NCBI GenBank assembly: GCA_951406725.2
Contig: OX597826.1
Location: 33,666,001-33,730,000, forward strand
Direction: 5' to 3'
Source of the DNA: Octopus vulgaris
Taxonomy: Eukaryota
DNA length: 64,000 bases
Under the pieces are notes generated by a model. The model ran no database searches. It saw only the letters and a list, made by a program, of their open reading frames with translations, and was not told the DNA's origin. Made by a program: the position numbers and the translations under genes. Numbering within the stretch: the first letter of the stretch is position 1; each line of letters begins with the position of its first letter. Positions 26,832 to 40,545 of the stretch are shown piece by piece.

Positions 26832-29800
26832 TATAATTTCAACAATTGAGGGTAAAATTAATTAATTATTAATCAATTTCACCAAGTGTTCAGTATGCAA
26901 AGGGACCATTTAAGGCGAATTCAAATTATTACATTATATAAAAGGGCTTAGTAAAATAAATTACTTTGCCGCATACTGAACTCATTAGAAATAGCAGCTA
27001 AAAAACTTTTTTAAAACTATTTCTAATACTTAAAGACAACCTCTCTCATATAGTGCTTGCTCAACTCAACTCACGAAAGTTTGGGGGTAAATACATCAAA
27101 AAATCAAATGCAAAGGTTATTTGAGAACGTACGTTTCAAGATTAGTCAACACGACACTTCTATCATCAGCTCAGAAACTCCTTGGTTTGGATTTGAAAAC
27201 ACTGAAAGTGAGAGCATACCCTTTCGGCTTCTCATCGCTTTCGAAGATCTGCTCGTAACTAACAGTGCCAACAAACTCAAATATGCAAGCGAAGAATTTC
27301 TGTTCTCCCCTTTCCACCAGCGTGGGTTAAAATCAGCAAACACTATGCTTATTTCGGTAAAATCCGAAGCATTAATTAGAGGGAGATTAATTATAATTTC
27401 AACAATTGAGGGTAAAATTAATTAATTATTAATCAATTTCACCAAGTGTTCAGTATGCAAAGGGACCATTTAAGGCGAATTCAAATTATTACATTATATA
27501 AAAGGGCTTAGTAAAATAAATTACTTTGCCGCATACTGAACTCATTAGAAATAGCAGCTAAAAAACTTTTTAAAACTATTTCTAATACTTAAAGACAACC
27601 TCTCTCATATAGTGCTTGCTCAACTCAACTCACGAAAGTTTGGGGGTAAATACATCAAAAAATCAAATGCAAAGGTTATTTGAGAACGTACGTTTCAAGA
27701 TTAGTCAACACGACACTTCTATCATCAGCTCAGAAACTCCTTGGTTTGGATTTGAAAACACTGAAAGTGAGAGCATACCCTTTTGGCTTCTCATCGCTTT
27801 CGAAGATCTGCTCGTAACTAACAGTGCCAACAAACTCAAATATGCAAGCGAAGAATTTCTGTTCTCCCCTTTCCACCAGCGTGGGTTAAAATCAGCAAAC
27901 ACTATGCTTATTTCGGTAAAATCCGAAGCATTAATTAGAGGAGATTAATTATAATTTCAACAATTGAGGGTAAAATTAATTAATTATTAATCAATTTCAC
28001 CAAGTGTTCAGTATGCAAAGGGACCATTTAAGGCGAATTCAAATTATTACATTATATAAAAGGGCTTAGTAAAATAAATTACTTTGCCGCATACTGAACT
28101 CATTAGAAATAGCAGCTAAAAAACTTTTTAAAACTATTTCTAATACTTAAAGACAACCTCTCTCATATAGTGCTTGCTCAACTCAACTCACGAAAGTTTG
28201 GGGGTAAATACATCAAAATATCAAATGCAAAGGTTATTTGAGAACGTACGTTTCAAGATTAGTCAACACGACACTTCTATCATCAGCTCAGAAACTCCTT
28301 GGTTTGGATTTGAAAACACTGAAAGTGAGAGCATACCCTTTCGGCTTCTCATCGCTTTCGAAGATCTGCTCGTAACTAACAGTGCCAACAAACTCAAATA
28401 TGCAAGCGAAGAATTTCTGTTCTCCCCTTTCCACCAGCGTGGGTTAAAATCAGCAAACACTATGCTTATTTCGGTAAAATCCGAAGCATTAATTAGAGGG
28501 AGATTAATTATAATTTCAACAATTGAGGGTAAAATTAATTAATTATTAATCAATTTCACCAAGTGTTCAGTATGCAAAGGGACCATTTAAGGCGAATTCA
28601 AATTATTACATTATATAAAAGGGCTTAGTAAAATAAATTACTTTGCCGCATACTGAACTCATTAGAAATAGCAGCTAAAAAACTTTTTTAAAACTATTTC
28701 TAATACTTAAAGACAACCTCTCTCATATAGTGCTTGCTCAACTCAACTCACGAAAGTTTGGGGGTAAATACATCAAAAAATCAAATGCAAAGGTTATTTG
28801 AGAACGTACGTTTCAAGATTAGTCAACACGACACTTCTATCATCAGCTCAGAAACTCCTTGGTTTGGATTTGAAAACACTGAAAGTGAGAGCATACCCTT
28901 TTGGCTTCTCATCGCTTTCGAAGATCTGCTCGTAACTAACAGTGCCAACAAACTCAAATATGCAAGCGAAGAATTTCTGTTCTCCCCTTTCCACCAGCGT
29001 GGGTTAAAATCAGCAAACACTATGCTTATTTCGGTAAAATCCGAAGCATTAATTAGAGGGAGATTAATTATAATTTCAACAATTGAGGGTAAAATTAATT
29101 AATTATTAATCAATTTCACCAAGTGTTCAGTATGCAAAGGGACCATTTAAGGCGAATTCAAATTATTACATTATATAAAAGGGCTTAGTAAAATAAATTA
29201 CTTTGCCGCATACTGAACTCATTAGAAATAGCAGCTAAAAAACTTTTTTAAAACTATTTCTAATACTTAAAGACAACCTCTCTCATATAGTGCTTGCTCA
29301 ACTCAACTCACGAAAGTTTGGGGGTAAATACATCAAAATATCAAATGCAAAGGTTATTTGAGAACGTACGTTTCAAGATTAGTCAACACGACACTTCTAT
29401 CATCAGCTCAGAAACTCCTTGGTTTGGATTTGAAAACACTGAAAGTGAGAGCATACCCTTTCGGCTTCTCATCGCTTTCGAAGATCTGCTCGTAACTAAC
29501 AGTGCCAACAAACTCAAATATGCAAGCGAAGAATTTCTGTTCTCCCCTTTCCACCAGCGTGGGTTAAAATCAGCAAACACTATGCTTATTTCGGTAAAAT
29601 CCGAAGCATTAATTAGAGGGAGATTAATTATAATTTCAACAATTGAGGGTAAAATTAATTAATTATTAATCAATTTCACCAAGTGTTCAGTATGCAAAGG
29701 GACCATTTAAGGCGAATTCAAATTATTACATTATATAAAAGGGCTTAGTAAAATAAATTACTTTGCCGCATACTGAACTCATTAGAAATAGCAGCTAAAA

Positions 29801-32312
29801 AACTTTTTAAAACTATTTCTAATACTTAAAGACAACCTCTCTCATATAGTGCTTGCTCAACTCAACTCACGAAAGTTTGGGGGTAAATACATCAAAAAAT
29901 CAAATGCAAAGGTTATTTGAGAACGTACGTTTCAAGATTAGTCAACACGACACTTCTATCATCAGCTCAGAAACTCCTTGGTTTGGATTTGAAAACACTG
30001 AAAGTGAGAGCATACCCTTTTGGCTTCTCATCGCTTTCGAAGATCTGCTCGTAACTAACAGTGCCAACAAACTCAAATATGCAAGCGAAGAATTTCTGTT
30101 CTCCCCTTTCCACCAGCGTGGGTTAAAATCAGCAAACACTATGCTTATTTCGGTAAAATCCGAAGCATTAATTAGAGGGAGATTAATTATAATTTCAACA
30201 ATTGAGGGTAAAATTAATTAATTATTAATCAATTTCACCAAGTGTTCAGTATGCAAAGGGACCATTTAAGGCGAATTCAAATTATTACATTATATAAAAG
30301 GGCTTAGTAAAATAAATTACTTTGCCGCATACTGAACTCATTAGAAATAGCAGCTAAAAAACTTTTTTAAAACTATTTCTAATACTTAAAGACAACCTCT
30401 CTCATATAGTGCTTGCTCAACTCAACTCACGAAAGTTTGGGGGTAAATACATCAAAATATCAAATGCAAAGGTTATTTGAGAACGTACGTTTCAAGATTA
30501 GTCAACACGACACTTCTATCATCAGCTCAGAAACTCCTTGGTTTGGATTTGAAAACACTGAAAGTGAGAGCATACCCTTTCGGCTTCTCATCGCTTTCGA
30601 AGATCTGCTCGTAACTAACAGTGCCAACAAACTCAAATATGCAAGCGAAGAATTTCTGTTCTCCCCTTTCCACCAGCGTGGGTTAAAATCAGCAAACACT
30701 ATGCTTATTTCGGTAAAATCCGAAGCATTAATTAGAGGGAGATTAATTATAATTTCAACAATTGAGGGTAAAATTAATTAATTATTAATCAATTTCACCA
30801 AGTGTTCAGTATGCAAAGGGACCATTTAAGGCGAATTCAAATTATTACATTATATAAAAGGGCTTAGTAAAATAAATTACTTTGCCGCATACTGAACTCA
30901 TTAGAAATAGCAGCTAAAAAACTTTTTAAAACTATTTCTAATACTTAAAGACAACCTCTCTCATATAGTGCTTGCTCAACTCAACTCACGAAAGTTTGGG
31001 GGTAAATACATCAAAAAATCAAATGCAAAGGTTATTTGAGAACGTACGTTTCAAGATTAGTCAACACGACACTTCTATCATCAGCTCAGAAACTCCTTGG
31101 TTTGGATTTGAAAACACTGAAAGTGAGAGCATACCCTTTCGGCTTCTCATCGCTTTCGAAGATCTGCTCGTAACTAACAGTGCCAACAAACTCAAATATG
31201 CAAGCGAAGAATTTCTGTTCTCCCCTTTCCACCAGCGTGGGTTAAAATCAGCAAACACTATGCTTATTTCGGTAAAATCCGAAGCATTAATTAGAGGGAG
31301 ATTAATTATAATTTCAACAATTGAGGGTAAAATTAATTAATTATTAATCAATTTCACCAAGTGTTCAGTATGCAAAGGGACCATTTAAGGCGAATTCAAA
31401 TTATTACATTATATAAAAGGGCTTAGTAAAATAAATTACTTTGCCGCATACTGAACTCATTAGAAATAGCAGCTAAAAAACTTTTTTAAAACTATTTCTA
31501 ATACTTAAAGACAACCTCTCTCATATAGTGCTTGCTCAACTCAACTCACGAAAGTTTGGGGGTAAATACATCAAAAAATCAAATGCAAAGGTTATTTGAG
31601 AACGTACGTTTCAAGATTAGTCAACACGACACTTCTATCATCAGCTCAGAAACTCCTTGGTTTGGATTTGAAAACACTGAAAGTGAGAGCATACCCTTTC
31701 GGCTTCTCATCGCTTTCGAAGATCTGCTCGTAACTAACAGTGCCAACAAACTCAAATATGCAAGCGAAGAATTTCTGTTCTCCCCTTTCCACCAGCGTGG
31801 GTTAAAATCAGCAAACACTATGCTTATTTCGGTAAAATCCGAAGCATTAATTAGAGGGAGATTAATTATAATTTCAACAATTGAGGGTAAAATTAATTAA
31901 TTATTAATCAATTTCACCAAGTGTTCAGTATGCAAAGGGACCATTTAAGGCGAATTCAAATTATTACATTATATAAAAGGGCTTAGTAAAATAAATTACT
32001 TTGCCGCATACTGAACTCATTAGAAATAACAGCTAAAAAACTTTTTTAAAACTATTTCTAATACTTAAAGACAACCTCTCTCATATAGTGCTTGCTCAAC
32101 TCAACTCACGAAAGTTTGGGGGTAAATACATCAAAAAATCAAATGCAAAGGTTATTTGAGAACGTACGTTTCAAGATTAGTCAACACGACACTTCTATCA
32201 TCAGCTCAGAAACTCCTTGGTTTGGATTTGAAAACACTGAAAGTGAGAGCATACCCTTTCGGCTTCTCATCGCTTTCGAAGATCTGCTCGTAACTAACAG
32301 TGCCAACAAACT
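26832..32312 (-). repeat. Tandem array of ~9.8 near-identical 558-560-bp units, one HHR per unit (retrozyme-like)
   Basis: Anchor positions 27057, 27616, 28174, 28734, 29294, 29853, 30413, 30972, 31532, 32092; units differ only at a few positions. Confidence 0.95.
27122..27173 (-). ncRNA. Type I HHR in array unit 1 (repeated in every unit)
   Basis: tgag CTGATGA taga..gtc-gtgtt-gac..tctt GAAA cgtacg TT ctca; canonical core, palindromic AACGTACGTT stem III. Confidence 0.7.
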
Positions 32313-32313
32313 A

Positions 32314-32946
32314 TTTTTAGCTGCTATTTCTAATGAGTTCAGTATGCGGCAAAGTAATTTATTTTACTAAGCCCTTTTATATAATGTAATAATTTGAATT
32401 CGCCTTAAATGGTCCCTTTGCATACTGAACACTTGGTGAAATTGATTAATAATTAATTAATTTTACCCTCAATTGTTGAAATTATAATTAATCTCCCTCT
32501 AATTAATGCTTCGGATTTTACCGAAATAAGCATAGTGTTTGCTGATTTTAACCCACGCTGGTGGAAAGGGGAGAACAGAAATTCTTCGCTTGCATATTTG
32601 AGTTTGTTGGCACTGTTAGTTACGAGCAGATCTTCGAAAGCGATGAGAAGCCGAAAGGGTATGCTCTCACTTTCAGTGTTTTCAAATCCAAACCAAGGAG
32701 TTTCTGAGCTGATGATAGAAGTGTCGTGTTGACTAATCTTGAAACGTACGTTCTCAAATAACCTTTGCATTTGATTTTTTGATGTATTTACCCCCAAACT
32801 TTCGTGAGTTGAGTTGAGCAAGCACTATATGAGAGAGGTTGTCTTTAAGTATTAGAAATAGTTTTAAAAAAGTTTTTTAGCTGCTATTTCTAATGAGTTC
32901 AGTATGCGGCAAAGTAATTTATTTTACTAAGCCCTTTTATATAATG
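32314..32946 (+). repeat. Inverted ~1.13-unit segment of the 560-bp array (HHR at 32705-32756)
   Basis: Reverse complement of the unit; abrupt junction ...caacaaact-a-tttttagctgct... Confidence 0.95.
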
Positions 32947-33004
32947 ATATATAGATATATATATATAGATATATATACACATAAACACGCACACACACAC
33001 ACAA

Positions 33005-33043
<39 letters not shown>

Positions 33044-34147
33044 GTGTTCTTTGTTGATAAGCCTCAAAGTAGAATTGTTTCAAATCAATAATTGCTTATT
33101 TCAGCTGAGACATGAAAAGTTACCCTCAAGGACCAATGATAAAGGTAAAAAGAATTTAAATAAACAAAAGCAGTTTCTCATTTGATCAACTTAAGAAAAT
33201 TTTAAAACTCTTTTTACCTGTATATAAATAAAATAATAAAAGATGACTTCCTTAATTCTGACTTGTCCTTTTTATCTCCACCAAGGAAGGAGGTTATGTT
33301 TTGTTAGTGTTACTATACTATTATGTACACAAAAACACACAGACATTTGTGTGTGTGTGTGTGTTCCTTATGGATTCGAAAATTGGGTTGCTGATTTTGA
33401 GGTTAGAGCTATCAAAAGATTCCATAATCTTTCAGCTACCAAATAAAGGATGTTTTTGCACAACTCTTCTTTACTGCAAAAATAACCTCAAAAACGAGAT
33501 TGGGTTGCACAATTTTGAGGGCAACTCTGCCTGCACAATTTTTTCTATGTCTCAGATAGAGCATAATGAGAAAATGTTTAAAATACATAGAGTTTTAGCA
33601 AGAAATGAAACTTTGAAGATATACTGTCAACTTTATTAGTATTATTTAGTAGATAAACTTTTAATGTGAAGTATGTTTGTCTGTGTTTTGTTTAGTCCAG
33701 AGTTGCCTCTGATCTAGCAAACCCATCGCATACTTTTTTCTTCCTGAAATTCTGTAAATCTGTGTCTTTCTTTTGATGAAAGGATGTGTTTTAAGAGAAA
33801 TTTGGCTACTATTTGTAGTAGTTCAAGTTACCACAGACACATCTCTGTGTGTGTGTGTGTGTTTTGATGTAGTGAAAAATGTACTTTTTCTCAGAATATT
33901 TTGCACATTAATTTCGTAAGAAATCTAGATATCTTTCTTACTGCTAACCATTCAACTTCAAATTACAGTAGTTAATTGTTGGAAGTCAAGTAGACTGAGA
34001 TGTACATATAGTGTTATCGTATAGAATAGAAGTTCAATACGAAGTTTTAAACTCATTATCTTGTTATTAATCCATTACCTTAAATTTGAAGCCATTGAGT
34101 CTGTAAACATTATTTAATTGGGTTTAGTCTTTCGACTCATAAGTCTT

Positions 34148-34418
34148 TTAACTCCTAAGACACCTGGCAAAGTCAAAAAGTATGAATAAAAAAGTTTGGC
34201 AATCAATCGGTTGAACAGGCCAGATCTGGCCAAAATATTCAACCTGTTTTATGGTCAAACCAGCTAGATCTGACCCTTCACAACTACCCTACAATGTCAT
34301 TGAAAAAGCAATCACATCATCAGAATCTTGAAGCTGTGAGATAATGAATGATTAATTTTAAAAATGTGAATGAATAAGCATTATATTTGACAGAGTAATC
34401 TGAATGGTAAAGGGTTAA
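34148..34418. mobile_element. piggyBac-like MITE, degenerate
   Basis: Ends ttaactcc... and ...aatggtaaagggttaa (TTAA plus CCC/GGG termini); body matches 58453-58685 in reverse. Confidence 0.5.
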
Positions 34419-34536
34419 CAGGGATAGAAACTGAAGATTTATGAATTTTGTGAAATATTACAAAAAACAAAACCCCCAAACGTTCACTGTATGAAAGGCA
34501 TATATAGTCTTTCTCTCATAAAATGGCATGCCTTTA

Positions 34537-34668
34537 CTACAGTAGGCCTGCTATCAACGCCCTATTTAACACATTTGGTGGTTTATGCGCCCACATGCTT
34601 GCCTTGATAGCCCCATTTTCATTCTTCACTTCACTGAATACCGTAATAACAGCAACATCTGAAGAATT
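34537..34668 (-). CDS. Candidate terminal exon (NSSDVAVITVFSEVKNENGAIKASMWAHKPPNVLNRALIAGLL*)
   Basis: Long polypyrimidine tract plus AG, open frame with protein-like composition in unique sequence; no homolog recognised. Confidence 0.3.
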   Translation of the reverse strand, partial: NSSDVAVITVFSEVKNENGAIKASMWAHKPPNVLNRALIAGLL

Positions 34669-35290
34669 CTTAAGAGAAATAAAACAAAAAGAAGAAAACA
34701 CGAAGACAAATGGAAAAAGCAAGCACACACACAGACACTCGTATAAACACATATATCATATATATGTGTGTGTGTGTGTGTAGGTATGTGTGAGCACACG
34801 AAGTGTGCAAAGAATATGAGGAGAATTCCTCAAGTTAATAACTCTCAACGAGAAAACAAGTGAAACAATTAGCAAAGAATGAGACACATGCAGACAATGT
34901 GTTGATGTCTAAATTTTTTTTTTATTTGTGTGTTAGGTTCTGAAGAACTCCGTCTTTAAGTAGGCATGTATACTCACATATATCTATGGGTGGTTACATA
35001 CACACACACACACACATTCACATATATTTATATACAAATACACATATACATATGTCTATATGTGTGTGTATGTATAATTTGTTGTTTTTGTTTGACTCCT
35101 TTTGACTATGATCAAGCCCTGCTAAATTTTTAATTACTCTTCAAGTATCTTAAGTGAATAAAATTTCATTTAGGCAAGTGAAAATGCACTTCGTGGAGCC
35201 CATGTATGTCTAGTTGCCAAATATATGCACATATATATATATATGTATATGTGTGTGTATATATATATCATATATATACATATATATATG

Positions 35291-35324
<34 letters not shown>

Positions 35325-35356
35325 CATGTATATACATATATATATATACATATATA

Positions 35357-35397
<41 letters not shown>

Positions 35398-36223
35398 TTA
35401 CATATACATGCATATATACATACATATATATATACATATATAAATACATACACGCACACACACATATATATATGAGGTGAGAGAGATTCATATACATACG
35501 TACATATACACAAATGTATACACACAAACACAGACACATGTGCAAAAATGTATGCATACACACACACACACATACGTGTGTAAGTGTATATGTTTATATA
35601 TGTGTGTGTGTATATATGTATGTACATATGTATGTATGCACATATATATGAAGTAGTAAATGAATGTACATATATATATGTATATATATATATAAGTAAG
35701 GGTGGTTTGTTAATTGATTAGACAGAAAAGGCGTGGTTATTCCACCGTCTAAAATATGACTAGAATGTGTGTGTGTGCATGTGATATATAGACTTATATG
35801 AATAAGTATTCCTCCTGCATAGGTGTATCTGTATATGCATGTATGTGGATCTAGGTATGTTTCATGAAGCAATATGATTGATTAGCAATACAACTACTAA
35901 AAAAAGTATGTAACTAACTCATACGCACACACATATATGTATGCATGCAGATACATATATACTTATACACACAGAATACGCACATATGTATATGAATGTG
36001 TAACATAAGTAGAATAAATGCCTGTGTGTAAGTATGCAAGTGTAACTATGTATGTATATAAATGTGTCATACATATATATGAAACCACATGTATATATAT
36101 ACACACACTTATATGTATATGAATGTATATATGTATGTATGTGTATATATATGTATATATATGTATATATGTATATATATATGTATATAAATACGTATAT
36201 ATATATATGAATATATATGTATA

Positions 36224-36272
<49 letters not shown>

Positions 36273-36994
36273 TATTTATATTGTATATATGTTACATACA
36301 CACGCACATAGTTATGTATATATGAATGGTAACTTATTAAGAGAAAGCTTTCATTGCACAGCATTTGCAGCAAATCTTCCGGAAAAAAATATGTAACTGC
36401 ATCTATGATGAAGTCACAGCAAGAGTCTGCAACACCTCTTATACATCCAGAGGGTGTGTGAAGATTAATACTCTCTCTCTCTCACACACACCCACACACA
36501 CATGTATTTAGATACCTTTATATAAAAATATATATATATATAATAAAAGAATGATGTATATGCATGTCTTTGAGAATAGGATTATTCTCATGAGTAGTGT
36601 GTCAGTTCTCTCTTTGGCACCCTAGTATATATGGGTATTCACACCCATATTATATTTATTTATACGTATATTTATTTGCATTCTTTATATGTGGGTTAAT
36701 GTTCATGTAATAACTTTTATACAACCATCAAGATTATGGAACTCCTCTGTATGACTGGAACAAGCGTCTACTCACACATCTCTCTTTCCTGTTCTATTTA
36801 TATACATTCTGTCCATTATTGCATCTTCTGGATTTTCAGAAAGTAAGATGCGAAGATTTCCACTCACCTCAATTGCAGTCATTCTTGTTAGTCATTCAGC
36901 TTGGGAAGAAATTAATGTATATATTATAAATATATATATATATATATATATATGTATACATATATATATATATGTATATATATATACATATCAT

Positions 36995-37215
36995 CATCAT
37001 CATCATTTGGCATCCGTTTTCCATGGTGGTATCAACTGGATGGTTTGATAGGAGCTGACCAGCTGAAGGGCTGTTCAGGCCCCATGTCTGTTTTGGAATG
37101 GTTTCTATGGCTGGATGCCCTTCCTAATGCCATCCACTTTACAGAGTGTCATGGATGTTTTTAATCAACACTGGCAAGGGTGCTTTTTATGTGGCACCAG
37201 CACTTATGAGTCTAC
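36995..37215 (-). mobile_element. RTE-type 3' tail with (GAT)n end
   Basis: ggctggatgcccttcctaatgccatccactttacagagtg matches the 63590-63756 tail. Confidence 0.7.
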
Positions 37216-37690
37216 AAGGTTAGGGATGTTCAGCTGAAGAGAGTTGCAAGGGACGAACCTATATATATGTATGGGGGGGGGGTGTATATACACACACACA
37301 CACACACACACGCACACACAAGTAAGCACATAAATTCAAATCAAGGCAGAGTAATACACTTTTTATTAAAGCTGAGAAATTGTCACAAACTACTACTCAG
37401 AGTTTCACATTTGTTGGACAATTGTAGTCATACTACTATATTCATATGCATATATATATATATAATATATGCATATATTTGCATGCTCACACTCACATAT
37501 ATATATATATACAACAGGCTTCTTCCAGTTTCTGTCTACCAAATCCACTCAGTTTGGCCCAAATCTATAGTAGAAGACTCTTGCCTAAGGTGCCATACAG
37601 TGGAACTGAACCTGGAACCATGTGGTTGGCAAACAAGCTACTTACTACACAGCTTCTCATATACATATAATAAATAATATATAATATATC

Positions 37691-37722
<32 letters not shown>

Positions 37723-37739
37723 TTGTATATATACATATA

Positions 37740-37791
<52 letters not shown>

Positions 37792-39458
37792 CATTACATA
37801 TACATATATATACACATGCATATTATGGGTACACAACATCACCAATGGTGCAAATAACATGAAATACATAAACATATGAGGGGAAAACAAGTGAAATATG
37901 TAAACAACGAGAAAAAAGAAATGGAAAGCAGGACAAGTAAACACAGAGAATGGACCCTTCATCAGTTGTCGGCTGTGTATCTACTTCTGATTTTGAGCAT
38001 TCAATGACAATGAGTCTTCAAAGACAGTTGGTCCCGTAAATTCTAAAATAGAATTTACGATTTATAGAGGATCAAAGTTGAGAACAGAAAAATGACAGTG
38101 GAAACACAGAAGGAAACCAAACGAAAACAAACATGGAGGGTCGTTGGACCAGAACAAGAGGAAGGTATTGGATGCTGGGAGAAACATTTTTTTGAAAAGA
38201 GAAATGATAGAAGATATATGTATATGTGTGTGTGTGTGTGTTTGCATATATATATTTACTTATATAAGCAGGAAAGTTTATAGTGTAAAGTGTCACTTTA
38301 AATCTTGGATTCAATTTCAATTGAATACAAATCAATTTTTAAGAAAGGAATTTTAGATCAATCCTTAAAGAAACTCTATTTTCAAAGGTGTAGAGAAGCA
38401 AATGATGGTACAGCAACAAGAGTTATTAAGTGTTACTGAATGTTTGAACAAACTCCATGGCCCAGCAACTGTTTGAAAGAAATCTCTGAGTTGCTTGCTT
38501 AAAGGCTTTAAGAAAATATGATATTTGCATTGGTTGCGTAGGTGTGCAGATAAACATGCATTGATAAATTGAGAGACTTAATGTCATGTCATCTGTTTCT
38601 TTGTATATATGATGAGCTCTGTTGCTTTGTTGTGCCACTCAAATGGACGAACTCCACAGCAGATCTCATCTGGTGCACAGGCTTATCTACGAACTGTGGA
38701 GACTAGATTTTAAGAACTGTAGATACATTCGGTGTACTGTTTTATCTCATTTTGATTTAAACTGTATTATCACCGAACATGATGCTTAGTTTTACTGCAG
38801 CTTGCGGCATGTGAGTTATTTCTGTAAAACTTAATCACCTAAATGCTATCGGGAATTCGTCTTGCCAGAGTTATGTAGCTATTTGCTTCCAAATCTTTAT
38901 AACCATTATATATACAAAGAAAAAAAAAATGGTAAAAACGAAGAAGTATTTGCAAAGCAAAGTTTATAGTTGCTGTCAAAAAATTACTTAAGATTGTTTA
39001 AAACTTACTGTGGACATACCTTAGGCGTTTCAGTTTCTTTAAAATCGGTGATTACTGGAGTCTAACCTTCACAATGAGAAAAATCTTAATTGTCTCCTCA
39101 ATAATTAGGCTGATTATTAATTATAATAATAAAATGATTTATAATATGAATAATAGAAATATTTGTTTATTTGCTGGAGGGCAAATAACTATTTCAACAT
39201 TTCTAACTAATTTGGAACCAAAATCTTTTCTCGAAGCAGTTCTTCTGTTACAGATTTAGAAGACTGGCTTGAAGAAGATTTCTCATCAAATGATAAAACA
39301 ATATGTTTGAATAAATCCCATGGTTTTCTACCATTTTGGTTCTTGTCACTTACTTGGTTGTATTATTGTTGCAATAAAAGATCTTTCTAATCATTTTATT
39401 CATTATCATCATCATCATCATCATCATAATCCTCCTCCTCTTCTTCTTCTTCTTCTTC

Positions 39459-39524
<66 letters not shown>

Positions 39525-39525
<1 letters not shown>

Positions 39526-39739
39526 GGTGGTGAGCTGGCAAAATCGTTTGTGTCTTGGACAAAATCCTTAGTGGCATTTCATCTGGCTCTTTATGGTCAG
39601 AGTTCAAACCCTGCTGAGGTCAACCTTCCCTGTCATCTTTTGCTATTAATGAAAGAAATACCAGTCAAGTACTGGGGTAACCGACTAGCTCCAACCGTCA
39701 AAATTTCAGGCCTTGTCTCATAGTAGAAAGGATTATTGC

Positions 39740-39791
<52 letters not shown>

Positions 39792-40022
39792 TTATTATTA
39801 TGAAGGCAATGAGCTGGCAGAATGATTAACATGCTTGGAAAAAGCTTAGTAGCACTTCATCAAGCTTTGCATTCTGAGTTCAAATTCTGCCAAGATCAAC
39901 TTCACATTTCATCCTCTTGGGGGTCAATAAAACAAATGCCAGTTGAGCACAGGATGGGGTGGGGATGAGGAAATCACATTGCCCACTCCCTCGAAATAAC
40001 CCACTCACCCAAAATTTGAAAC
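39525..40022 (+). mobile_element. SINE family B tandem copies within (ATT)n
   Basis: ggtggtgagctggcaaaatcgt and ggcaatgagctggcagaatg heads, each followed by (ATT)n. Confidence 0.8.
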
Positions 40023-40071
<49 letters not shown>

Positions 40072-40134
40072 TCATAATTCATGTACATATTTTAAACAGT
40101 TCCTTCATTCCACCATTCACCTCTAATAATATTA

Positions 40135-40450
40135 GTGTCAATTTTTGGCACAAGGCCAGCAATTTTGGAAGAAGGGTTTACTCAATTGCATCAACTGGTA
40201 CTTATTTTATCAACCCTAGAAGGATGAAAGGCAAAGTCAACCTTGGTGGAATTTGAACTCAGAACTTTAGGACAGACAAAATGCCACTTAGTATTTTGAC
40301 CATCTTGCTAATCACTCTGCCAGCTTGCTGTCTTAGTCTGCTGATAAATTTAATTTGGAGGATAAAAGAACCATAGAACAGTGATGTAGAAACCATAGGA
40401 ATAGCTAAGCATTTTGCCTGGTATACTAACGATCCAGCCAGCACACTGCC

Positions 40451-40491
<41 letters not shown>

Positions 40492-40498
40492 CATAATA

Positions 40499-40545
<47 letters not shown>

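Noticed and set aside
26832-32946. Array as a CRISPR locus, 5S/tRNA/snRNA cluster or tandem protein gene family
   Set aside because: No unique spacers or cas genes; no 5S, tRNA or snRNA similarity recognised; the ORFs have no domain and one copy is frameshifted.
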